A stretch of 64,000 bases of DNA from Marsupella aquatica. Taxonomy: Eukaryota > Plantae > Marchantiophyta. The translations under genes were made by a program, and so were the position numbers. The notes under the pieces are model-generated. The model was given only the letters and a program-made list of their open reading frames with translations, did not search any database and was not told where the DNA came from. Positions 1-11,208 of this stretch are shown here, in pieces; the stretch's first letter is position 1, and each line of letters begins with the position of its first letter. Where the stretch lies: NCBI GenBank assembly GCA_973895155.1, contig OZ316893.1, forward strand, positions 1 to 64,000. Direction: 5' to 3'.

Positions 1-1100
1 AAAACTGGGGGCCACCCTCACCCTCAACCCCCATGGAACCCCTCCCCCACCCTCACCCCCAGCTCGTTACACCCCCAATGCTACAGTAGGGTTGCACACG
101 CCCCCATGTGCACGCATCCCCAAAACTGGGGGCCACCCTCACCCTCAACCCCCATGGAACCCCTCCCCCACCCTCACCCCCAGCTCGTTACACCCCCAAT
201 GCTACAGTAGGGTTGCACACGCCCCCATGTGCACGCATCCCCAAAACTGGGGGCCACCCTCACCCTCAACCCCCATGGAACCCCTCCCCCACCCTCACCC
301 CCAGCTCGTTACACCCCCAATGCTACAGTAGGGTTGCACACGCCCCCATGTGCACGCACCCCCAAAACTGGGGGCCACCCTCAACCCCCATGGAACCCCT
401 CCCCCACCCTCACCCCCAGCTCGTTACACCCCCAATGCTACAGTAGGGTTGTACACGCCCCCATGTGCACGCATCCCCAAAACTGGGGGCCACCCTCACC
501 CTCAACCCCCATGGAACCCCTCCCCCACCCTCACCCCCAGCTCGTTACACCCCCAATGCTATAGTAGGGTTGCACACGCCCCCATGTGCACGCACCCCCA
601 AAACTGGGGGCCACCCTCACCCTCAACCCCCATGGAACCCCTCCCCCACCCTCACCCCCAGCTCGTTACACCCCCAATGCTACAGTAGGGTTGCACACGC
701 CCCCATGTGCACGCATCCCCAAAACTGGGGGCCACCCTCACCCTCAACCCCCATGGAACCCCTCCCCCACCCTCACCCCCAGCTTGTTACACCCCCAATG
801 CTCAATTAGGGTTGCACACGCCCCCATGTGCACGCACCCCCAAAACTGGGGGCCACCCTCACCCTCAACCCCCATGGAACCCCTCCCCCACCCTCACCCC
901 CAGCTCGTTACACCCCCAATGCTCAATTAGGGTTGCACACGCCCCCATGTGCACGCACCCCCAAAACTGGGGGCCACCCTCAACCCCCATGGAACCCCTC
1001 CCCCACCCTCACCCCCAGCTCGTTACACCCCCAAAAGCTACAGTAGGGTGGCACTCGCCCCCTGGTACACGCACCCCGAAAATTGGGGGGTACCCCCACC
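1..1100. repeat. 121-bp C-rich tandem satellite (about 9 units, begins before the window)
   Basis: Unit starts (aaaactgggggccaccctc) at 1,122,243,364,479,600,721,842,963. Period is 121 bp; the units at 364 and 963 lack 6 bp. The last unit diverges into unique sequence. Confidence 0.97.
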
Positions 1101-1238
1101 CCTAGCCCCTCCAAAATGCGCACACAACAAACTGGGGGTCAAACTCACCCCCAATATTCGATAATCATACCAGTACTTAAAAAACTGGTATGCCACATGT
1201 GAAAACTGGGGATGACACTCTAAACCCTAAACCCTAAA
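991..1238 (+). repeat. 248-bp direct repeat, left copy (degenerate satellite unit + unique end + telomeric repeats)
   Basis: Matches 41534-41781 with one mismatch seen (tagcccct vs tagcccat). Ends ...ggggatgacactctaaaccctaaaccctaaa. Confidence 0.95.
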
Positions 1239-1674
1239 CCCCTAAACCCCTAAACCCTAAACCCAAAACCCAACCCTCAACCCAACCCTCAACCCTCAAC
1301 CCTCCTCCCAACCTCAACCCTCAACCCTAAACCCTCCTCCCAACCTCCCCATCCCAACCCCAACACACAACTCCCTAAACACCACACTCCTCTCAACCTC
1401 CCCATCCCAACCCCCTCAACCCCCCTCACTGTCAACCTCCTAAACCCAACTCAACACACACCTCCCCCAAAACACTCCTCTCAACCTCCCCATCCCAGCC
1501 CCACAACTCCCTCAACTTCCCCAACCCATCTCCAACACACAACTCCCTCAACCCCCCACCCCCCAAAACACTCCTCTCAACCTCCCCATCCCAACCCCAA
1601 CACACAACTCCCTCAACCCCCCACACTCTCAACCTCCTAATCCCAACTCAACACAGAACTCCCTAAACCCTAAA
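1219..1674 (+). repeat. Interstitial telomeric tract (CCCTAAA) grading into degenerate C-rich telomere-like repeats
   Basis: ctaaaccctaaaccctaaacccctaaa... then CCCTCAA/CCCAAC variants, closed by ccctaaaccctaaa at 1661-1674. Confidence 0.9.
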
Positions 1675-3330
1675 GCTGCAAAAGACTTTAATTGGAAATG
1701 TTATGGGAGTGCGGGATTACAAGTGAGCCACCATGAATGCTAGTGGTGTATGAATACTTCAAAAATAATGTTATGGGAGCCTACGGTAACCAGCCGTAAG
1801 TAACCCTAATCAATACTAGCGGAGTTTAAAGGCTTTAATAATAATGTTGTGGGAGTCCAAATGTTGAAACGTCAAGACCGTGCAGTGCATGTAGGAGACC
1901 GTGCACTAGGCTCCCTGAAATGGCCAGAAGACCGGCCTCATTGCACGCGCAGTGAGGAGAAGATATGTACAGGTTGCACGAAAATGTATATATATGTACA
2001 GGCCTCATTGCACGCGCTGTGCAGAGAAGATATATACAGCTCCCTAAAACCCTGAAATGGCCTGAAGACCGGCCTCATTGCACGCGCTGTGCAGAGAAGA
2101 TATATACAGGCGTAGGCTGAGGAGCAGCAACAACGGGAGGAAGCTGAATTACAACACCTGGCATTACGGGCCCAAGAGTTTGAGGCGGATCGGGTATAGA
2201 CCCGAGTGTGGATTAGCATTGAGTCTAGAAAGTAAATAATATATCACAACTGTACAGAGTGAATTAGTTCTAATCAGGAAGCCTGGTCTTCTTTAATTTG
2301 TATCTCATTTCCCACGTCCAAAATTGAATGGTGACACATTTGATGCTAACGGAGTTTAAAGGTTTCAACATGAAAGCTATGGGAGTCTACGGTTTAACCG
2401 GAAATGTTATGGGAGCCTCCACTTTAACCGGAAATGTTGTGGGAGTCCATATGCTGAAACTTGGAGACATACCATGCATCGCATGTGAGACACAGCCTTT
2501 ACATAAGAGTCTTGTATGGTGGGTTGGACACTGAAGGTGATTTGGGTCCTAGGAGTGTCTGAATGGAGTTGCAACACAGATGGAGGTGAGTAGCAAGGCA
2601 TGAATACCGCAACCATGGATGTTGTACAGAAGACAAGCTCCATCACTGCAAACTCGGCCTGAAACCATGCCACTGCCACCAGTAAGCATAAAAAATGCAA
2701 CCATTCGAAAACGCCTTCGCTCAAAGACTGCATCCGACAATGACTCGAATCCATCACTTGCTGCAATTATTGACGACGTCAGTACGCCATCCAAGCGACG
2801 CAAGATTCAGGACCCTAAACCACCAGTAAGCATAAAAAACGTAACCATTCGGAAACGCCTTCGCTCAAAGACTGCATCCGACAATGACTCTAATCCATCA
2901 CTTGCTGCAATTATTGACGACGTCAGTACACCATCCAAGCAACGCAAGATTCAAGACGTAGAAGGGAATTTGGAGGTGGCGAGCACTGTAAAGGACCAGA
3001 TTGAAGGCCAGCGACGGGAATTCTCAAAGGCCAAATGAATGCTTCCCGACAAAAATACCAACCCAACAATAATGCAGAAGGGAATTTGAAGGTGACAAGC
3101 ACATTAAGGAACCAGATTGAAGGCTGGTACAGGAATTCTAGAAGCATTGACCAAGCTTTGTTTCCTTTGTATTTCTCACGAACCTAATTGAATGGTGACA
3201 CTTTTGATGGTAACGGAGTCCAATGGTTTCAACATGAATGTTATAGCTGCAAAAGACTTTAATTGGAAATGTTATGGGAGTGCGGCATTACAAGTGAGTC
3301 GCCATGAATGCTAGTGGTGTATGAACACTT
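1674..3330. repeat. 86-bp direct repeat (1674-1759 / 3245-3330) plus dispersed AATGTTRTGGGAG motifs
   Basis: agctgcaaaagactttaattggaaatgttatgggagtgcgg... occurs twice. Core motif at ~1697,1767,1843,2403,2433,3268. Confidence 0.85.
2619..3038 (+). other. Short ORF containing a 144-bp (48-aa) tandem duplication; function unknown
   Basis: PPVSIKNxTIRKRLRSKTASDNDSNPSLAAIIDDVSTPSKxRKIQD occurs twice (nt 2676 and 2820). The duplication is certain; coding status is not. Confidence 0.4.
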
Positions 3331-4139
3331 AAAAAAAAATTGTAGAAGAACAGTAGGGTCTTTTGAATCCAATTTTTGGAATATTCCATCTTTATAGGGG
3401 TTAATTTTATTTTTTTAAACTTTCATTTTAGGGGGTCCAAGGCCTAAAAACATCGCAGGTGATGGGGAGGTCCCCATATAGTGAGACCCCCGAGGCTGTG
3501 CGGAGAAGATATGTACAGATTGCCTCAACAATTTAAATTAAGAGGACTTGTGATGTTAGACACGCCCATGGAGGAGTTGCGAAGTGAAGGTGGGCAAAAG
3601 GAGAGCAAAGGAGAGCAAAAGGGTGAAATAAGGGAAGAAGACACACAGGGTGGGGTCTGATGGCCATGGAGTCAGTCATGGGTGGAGGTGTGGGCAGTTC
3701 ATGGGGCAGTTAGGCGCTGCCACGGTCTGGCCAGTGTGGAGAGGCCTGGGAAAGGAAGGGGAGAGGGAGAAAGGGTAGGACAGGTATTTAAGAGGGATTG
3801 AAGAGAGTCAAGAGGGGCCAAGACTGATAAATAACCACCATTGGCCTCCATACATGCAACAACCAACCAAGCTTCCTTCCCCAAAGGAAGAAAAGCCCCA
3901 CCACACAATCACCAACCAAAAAACAAATATGACCTCTTAAAAAACACAAAATGGCAACAAACGTTCCAAAAACTGTCTCCCCACCTCCTAAAAAACATTA
4001 ATATGGAAAGAGGGAAAACCTTTCCAAAAATGAAAAAAAATAACTCACTTTGGTCATCCGCCTTTCTCCATCCCTAGCCATCATGCTATACCTATCTGAT
4101 TAAGTGTAGGCTGTACCTATATAACTTGCACATCCTGTA

Positions 4140-4440
4140 CCACTATCAAATGTACTCATATGAATTGTACTAACTGTCTACTCTTGAGACAAGTACTCTT
4201 AATAAACATTTGCTTTGGTTTATAGCTTGCCCCCATTTTCAGATAATTCACTCTATCAAATGGACTCATATGAAATCTACTAGCTACACTTGAGCCACAT
4301 ACTCTTATACATTTGCTTTAGTTTATAGCCTGCCCCATTTTCAGATAATTCACTCTATCAAATGGACTCATATGAATTGTACTCATTACACTTGAGAGGC
4401 CTCCGCATACTTAGAAATGGACTCATATGAATTGTAGAGA
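4140..4440. repeat. Short local duplications
   Basis: tgccccattttcagataattcactctatcaaatggactcatatgaa occurs twice (second copy exact, first with one extra c); actcatatgaa core occurs four times. Confidence 0.75.
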
Positions 4441-6009
4441 ACAAATGAGAAGGATATCATGGATTCACTCCAAAAAGCTAGTTTGTATATGGACCACATA
4501 GTACTCTTTTTGGCTGGATTGAATATTATAGAGGTTAAGATAAGATTAAGAATCTGAGAGAATAAATTTGGAAACCTATGATGGACTCCCTCCAAAAGCT
4601 AGACTGTAAACAAAGGAGTAACTGTCTCTGTTTTGGCAGCATTGGAAATTATTGTGGTTGATCTATGTTTGGTTAGACTAAAGGCCCAAATAATTGTCCT
4701 ACCAACTAAGCCTAGGAAAAGCATACACTGGGACAGGGTTATAAGACTTCTCCTCTCTAACTTATGAATTCCTGGTATTTGAGAAATAATTGGCCGTGGT
4801 GGGTGTGAACTTTGAGTCGCCACCTTCCCCATCTAAGGAAAATACAACTCAAGTTGAAAAACATCGAGAAAATGATGGTCCACATTGATTTCTCTTTGTA
4901 AGTTTTCGCACCTGCAATTGATCTGAAGCCAATCAAGAATGCGTTCTTGACTTTTCGGCGATGGGAAGTCTTCCTAAAGAAGTTTGTACAGAAATATGTA
5001 CCAATGAGAGAGAAGCGGAATTGATGCTCAGTCCAATAAATATAGTGAAAATATTCCCACGAATGATTACAGGCTAGTATTCGCACTGCTCTTGCCATCA
5101 AACCTGTGGGATATATATCATTGCTTCTTGTTCGGTGCTCCGTGAGATACCATGTACAACTCGACTCCCGACGTCGATGCTCTTTGAGAACCAATTTGGA
5201 TTTCCATTAGACCTCCGCAGCTTCTTGCTGGCTAGTGAAGACCGCGAAGTTACAATGCAGTTATTGTACGTAGAGCCTTAAGATTGTCATGGCTGAAGTT
5301 TCCAGACTTTAAAACGGTATGTTCCACTCCCCCGGTAAGCTTCTCTAGCTGCTTTACTTTGTTGGTTTGGTGACCATCGACAACAAGATGTGAGCAATCC
5401 GACGTTTTGCAACTCCATCATTAAGTTAGAAGACAATTGCTTGCGTTTCCTCTGATAGTTGTTCAATTCGTAAGTGGCTCCTCCCATGAGTAGCGAACTA
5501 CCTACCTTCAAGGTATCCCAAAAATCTAACTCTGACTCTTAGGCAGTCTATCCAATCATGTAAGGCTACCAGTAAACAAGACTTCAATTATTCTCTTGGG
5601 AGCGTTTAGGGTGCCATCCGATCCAGCCACCGACCTTGTTACCTCGCATGACGAAACCTACAAGCTCGCAACCCCGATCCACATGGCTGCGGAGTCCGAT
5701 TTCAGTTGAAGATTTCATTCCGATTTCATTCCGAGGTGATCTAAAGAAATCTGTGATAATTGGCTTCACCGGCATAAAATAGTCATAGAGAGGCTAGATC
5801 GAACGTCCTTATGGCTAAGTTCAATGGCGCAGCGTAAGCAAGTCTGTCAAAAGTGTCCACTGATTCATCCAGTACGTGTAGCTCGTCAATTAATGTCTGC
5901 GTAATTAAAATCTACATTTCTCAGGATCTCCTTGCAACTTAACCAGTTACAGACGCTTGATCACACAAAAGAAAGCATACTCGCGTGCTTAACTCCATCA
6001 AATTCTGCC

Positions 6010-7230
6010 CAGTGATCTGAAGGCCCACTCTGCAATTTAAGTTTCTTGATATCGCGGACTCATCGACTAAAAGTGACAGTGCCTGTGCGATAACCGGCCA
6101 AACATCACAGAAGGCAGCCAATTCTATCCATGAGATGATTCGAAGTAGATGTGCGAACTCCAGTGTTGATGAAACAGCTGAAATGATGTCAGGACAAAAC
6201 GTAGTTAAGTAACTTAAGGAGCCAATTTGGAAAGTTGCGCCAAAGGACACATTTCTGGAGACATTGGATCATAACATAATTCTGCAAATTGCAGTTATGA
6301 ACAGGATACAATCTTGACAAGGGGCTGCACAAAACATTTTGTATGAGTTCCTGAATTTCTTGATCGACAACTATGCGTCACAACTACAAATACCTTCTGA
6401 ATAACTCGAAGTGCAAGTGTATGCAAAGTTGATGGTACAGTCATATCTTGCACAACTGCAAAAACTCCCTCGAAGATATTGTCGCTAGCTTCTATACCGC
6501 AGAATACTTGTGGGACCAACTTGCTTAAACATTTCAGAGCTACAGCACGGACATTCATTCAAGGGTCACCGGCAATATAAGTAGGTAGGACATCCACCTG
6601 AAAGTACCAGGAAGTATTTTAGTGAAGCTTAGCCTTACAAATTGTCAATGTGGCTCAATTGGAAGAGTATAACGGAAAATCGTGCTATATGGGAGAGGCG
6701 AGTTGTACCTGGTTCCCCATAATAACACTGGACCCAGCGGCAAGCATTGTGAGAGATACGAGCATAGTGTTACAATCTCATCAAGAGGGTATCTTAGCAA
6801 TATGCACCTTCCCATCTGCAGGTCGGAACGTCGAACTTAGCACCTTTCTTTCCATCACTTACATATTACAATTTTCCACGTGAGCCACTCTAAAGTACAC
6901 CTTGCAAAGCAAAGAAGGCAAATTCTTTTAACATCCGTGAGGTCGCACATCACAACAATCCAAACTACACAAAGACCTAACCCAGCTGAACCGGTTCCAA
7001 TCTCACCAAAGCTGAAGTATGGTAACCAAAACAAGAAACGTAGCCCTGCCATGTCCCCGAGAAGTTTAGTCTGGGCATAGTACTGACCTCAAAAGCTTGC
7101 AGAGAAAGCACAGATGAGTTACCAAGCCTGGCAAAGAGGCGAACTGCCAACACTTTCACCTTAGCGTACATTCTCTGGTCCCTCGTAGAGAACCCATGCT
7201 GACAAGACAAGTCTTATCTCTGTCATTTCA
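6010..7230 (-). pseudogene. Intron-containing fragment of an Integrator subunit 7-like (ARM/HEAT) gene
   Basis: Successive exons KVLAVRLFARLGNSSVLSLQAFE / MGRCILL..LVSLTMLAAGSSVIMGNQ / VDVL...VRAVALKCLSKL resemble plant INTS7 (from memory). GT-AG introns, a frameshift and a stop are present. Confidence 0.55.
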
Positions 7231-7332
7231 GAAAATGCACGTCAAGTGTTAGGGGGTGTCGAGTATGTTATATTACAGCAATTTTTTTGTGAATTCTTCA
7301 CTTTCAGGATGGTTTTCAAGTAGTCTATACTT

Positions 7333-7860
7333 TCGTACCAGGAACATCTCTGCCTTCTTTCTCGATTGAAGGCGGACCACTCCGGTGGTAGATGCACACA
7401 TGTCACCTTCCACTCTGACTGGTTTGTCAACTTCCTCTGACGTACTATTATCAGGAGCTCTGTAAAATGATGCATTATCCTCAACTGCTACTTTCTCTAA
7501 GCTCTTGCTCTCTGTTTCATGCAATTGCTCTTCATTCCTATCTACTAGTTCAGCATTCCCATTCACAGATCCTAGTCTACTGCTGCCATTCTTCTTCACG
7601 GTTGGTTTATCAGAGATTCCATTTACATGACCGAAAGAAACATCTGCTTGTTGTGGTCGCTTACGAGCCTCTAGGACGTCCGCCCTTGGAATGCCTGGAC
7701 TACTCGGGGTCCATCTATTTGTAGGTCCAGCAATATTTCCATTCAGGAGACCCAATCCATTGCTTGGCGGGGATGAATTCACAATTGGTTTACCTATCCT
7801 ATTAGAGAAAAACATTGCAGGCACCTTACGCCGCTTATTTGCACATCACCTTAAACCGTT
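7333..7860 (-). pseudogene. NADK2: Internal fragment of chloroplast NAD kinase 2
   Basis: VEGDMCASTTGVVRLQSRKKAEMFLVR is the characteristic NADK2 motif preceding the kinase domain. Similarity stops abruptly after it. Confidence 0.8.
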
Positions 7861-7865
7861 TAGGG

Positions 7866-10690
7866 CTTTGTGATGTGCAAATAAGACCAAGTTTGATGAT
7901 GGGAAGAACTTCGTCTTCAGGGAAAAGGCGAAGCTTCGGGTCAACACAGAAAAGGACCCGACCTTCGTCCAGCAGAGCACGAACAAAATCACTCAATATT
8001 ACAACATCATCTTCCATATACTCTACGGGCCGTCTTCCTGTAACAAGCTCCAGTAGCAAAACTCCAAACCCATACACATCGCACTTCTCTGTAATTTTCA
8101 GGCTTTGACATGCAAACTCTGGTGCCATATAGCCCAAGGCACTCTGCATTTTACTGCTCATCACGTAGGAGTCCAGCTTTGGTAGAAGCTTGGCGAGAGA
8201 GTAATCTGATAGACGTGCCTCGTACTCTTCATCGAGTAGAATATTGGGATTTCACATCGTAATGTCATAATGTATGAGTTGTGGGGTACATCCATGGTGA
8301 AGGTGAGCAAGCCCGTTAGCTGTACCTAGGGCAATCTTTAAATCTCACGCGCCAGCTCAATGGGGGCTCATCTTCTCGCCTTTCGTGCAGTTGGCTGTAC
8401 AAGTTACCATTCTGGAGGTAGTCATAGACCAGAAGCTGTAGTTGCTCTGTCCAGTAATAGCCTTGCAAGCTTACAAGATGTGGGTGCCTAACATTTCCGA
8501 GCATATGAACGACCTTTTCAAAATCGTCGCGGGTCTTAACAAGCCTCCCCACCATCAGCTTCTTCATAGCAACAGTCTCGCCATGCGCCAAAACGGCTTT
8601 GAACACGGTTCCAAAACCGCCCCTGCCAATCTCACAGTCTTTGTTGAATATTGCGTGTGTGCTTGTCATCCAGTAATCCGACTTGGGGTCACTTTTCCGA
8701 GTGAACATCACCAATTTCCCCATTGCCATCTCAGCGGTATTTGGAGATTGAGGATCGCTGTCGACGGTGCAGACATTCAACCTGCGCCTCGTCTGGGTGT
8801 ACATGTTTAATAGAGTGACCATAATCACTCCCAAAGCAATAGCCGCTGCAGCCGAAATAGACGTAATAGCCAAGACGCTCAATATAGTCTGACTTCTCTT
8901 GCTCTTGAACAGGGGAGAGAGGCCTCCTGGCTGTGAATTCGGGTCGTTTGGATTTATGATGAGTGGGTTGGGAAATGTTGAACACGAGAGGTTGATAGCT
9001 GATCCACAGAGCCCCGTATCCTGGTCAAACACAAAGGTGTTCGTATGATTAAAGACACCACCAGTGGGTATAGGACCCTGCAATTGATTATGAGAGACGT
9101 TTATCGCTTGAAGATTTTGCAGTTGGCCCAGATCGTCTGGTATCTGTCCCGTAAAGAAATTGATCGAGAGGTCCAGAAACTCCAGGTTTACGAGCCGGCC
9201 TAATTCGTTCGGAATCGGTCCTGTCAAATTGTTTTGAGCAATATTCAAGTCTACAAGAGAAGTCGCATTGCCAAGCTCGCCTGGCAAGGAGCCATTGAGA
9301 AAATTGCCATTAAGCCGCAATATTCGAGTTGAAGGAGCGTTTCCTAAGCTGGCGGGAATGGTGCCGATCACATAGTTGTCGCTGAGGTCAAGGACAGCCA
9401 GAAAAGGCAGAGAATCGAAGTCAATTGGAACATACGACGCTAGCATGTTTCCGGATAAGCTCAAATAGTGGAGGCTGGAGCAGGACGAAAGATTGGGGGG
9501 AACAGCACCGGAAAGGCCATTGTGAGATAGGTCCAGCCACTGTAGATTTTGACAGCCGCCATTTGAAGAGTAATCGGGAACACCTCCAGTGAAGAAATTG
9601 TTGGACAGACGGATCACCCGCGGAAGAGTAGTCAGCTTGAGGGGAATGTTCCCAGTGAGGTTATTCCAACTGAGGTCGATGGTCTCCAGCGTCTGCAGGG
9701 ACCGGAAAGACGAAGGGATCTGGCCTCCAAATTGGTTCCCAGCCAAATTGAGCGATGTCAAACATATCATGTTGAAGAGCCAAGACGGGATGCTACCGGA
9801 TAAATAGTTCCAACCCAAGTCAAAGTACGGAGAGAAACCTCAAGTTGCCCAGCTGGAGTGGCAGCTCGCCAGAGAAGTGGTTCGAGTTCAGAACGAGTTC
9901 CTGCAGGAGCCCACAGTTGCCAAGCTCTGAGGGGACTTGCCCTGAAAAGCCATTTCCCTGGAGACTCAGGGAAGTCAGATTGGTCAAGAAACCAACACCC
10001 ACTGGAATTTGGCTTGAGAGAGAATTGTAGGAAAGGTCCATAGTTTGCAAACCTGCCAGAGAAAGAATTAGAAGAGAAGTTCAGTTCCTGCAGTTCCAAG
10101 CAAGAGCCAACAGAGAGAGGTATCGGGCCCTTAAGCCGGTTATTAGCCACAGAGATGTACCGCAAGCTCTGGCAATCGTTTGAAAAGATCTGCGGAGGGA
10201 GTGGTCCCGAGAGACCATTATTGGACAGATCAAGGGAGTAGAGGCTTCCAGCATTGCCAAATTCAGACGGTATGGTACCGCTGAGGGCGTTGTGACTAAA
10301 GTTCATCGATCCCAGCTTTGGAATCTGGGCAAGCTCTGGGTTGATGATGCCGGAGAAGTTGTTATAAGCCAAGTTGACACTCTCCAGCTAGTCTAGCTTC
10401 AGCAGAGCTCTCCCGATTGACCCCAAAAGAGAGAGTCCTACCAGATTCAACTGTGTGACTCTGCCACTGCTCGGTCTGCAGATAACTCCGTTCCACTTGC
10501 ATGGGTTGGAGTCGTTGTCATTCCAAGAACTAAGCACCGAGTTGGGATCGCTTGAAAACAAGCAGAGCCATTACATCGTCGCTGATGAGCGGCACTGCCC
10601 CTGTGCTTGCCACTCCGCCAAGAAGTAAATGCACCAGACATGAAACCCATAGCTAGCCTCCAGTCGCTGCCCGGACGTTTTTACAATGCT
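7866..10690 (-). pseudogene. LRR receptor-like kinase pseudogene (IRK/PXC2-type)
   Basis: Signal peptide, DDVMALLVFK..WNDDDSNPCKW cap, plant LRRs, TM segment, EIGRGGFGTVFKA, QSALGYMAPEFACQSLKITEKCDVYGFG. Several frameshifts/stops; C-terminus truncated after CTSQ. Confidence 0.92.
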
Positions 10691-10989
10691 GTGAAATAGG
10701 TGAATACGGAGACCTCCGAGCAATAGGACGTGATTTCCTCAAGAGCGCCATTTCTGCGTTTGTTGATGACTCTCTCATGATTGGATCAAATGATCCCTCA
10801 TCAGCTGCAGAATTGGCAACAAGCTGCTGTGGCGCTGCTCTCCTTTGTACTGCGCGTGGGAAGACCGAAATCTAGCGACATTTTCAAACCATGTATTGTG
10901 CAGCCGTTATGAGCAACTCGCATCCTTTGCTCACGAATTAACTGTCTCCTGTCACGCCCACGGTTTTGCTGCTGAACTCTGCAGTTTCA

Positions 10990-11208
10990 AACGTGGAGCT
11001 GGGTGAACTGGCCGCTAACAAGCTTTTCAAGTTGGAACCCGGTAAGCCCTATACATATGTGCTGCTCTCCAATATCTATGCTGCAGCTGGGAAGTGGAAG
11101 AAGGTGTCATCTGTGCGCACTATGATGCAACAGAGAGGTGTTCGGAAGGAGCCTGGACGTAGCTGGATCGAAGTTCATAACAAGATCCATGAATTTGTGG
11201 TGGGGGAT
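10990..11208 (+). pseudogene. PLS-class PPR protein E/E+ domain fragment
   Basis: NVELGELAANKLFKLEP..YVLLSNIYAAAGKW..VRKEPGRSWIEVHNKIHEFVVGD. No PPR array before it and no DYW domain after it. Confidence 0.88.

Noticed and set aside
1-1100. Regular repeat array as a possible CRISPR
   Set aside because: Whole units repeat with no unique spacers, the context is eukaryotic, and there are no cas genes.
92-1164. Many overlapping Pro-rich ORFs
   Set aside because: Artefacts of the stop-poor 121-bp satellite.
3854-3920. ATTNQASFPKGRKAP faintly resembles the histone H3 tail (ARTKQTARKSTGGKAP)
   Set aside because: Too short and degenerate, key K/R residues are missing, and there is no histone fold; may be chance.
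8316-9818. 500-aa LRR-kinase ORF as a functional gene
   Set aside because: It is the middle piece of a gene broken by frameshifts and stops on both sides.
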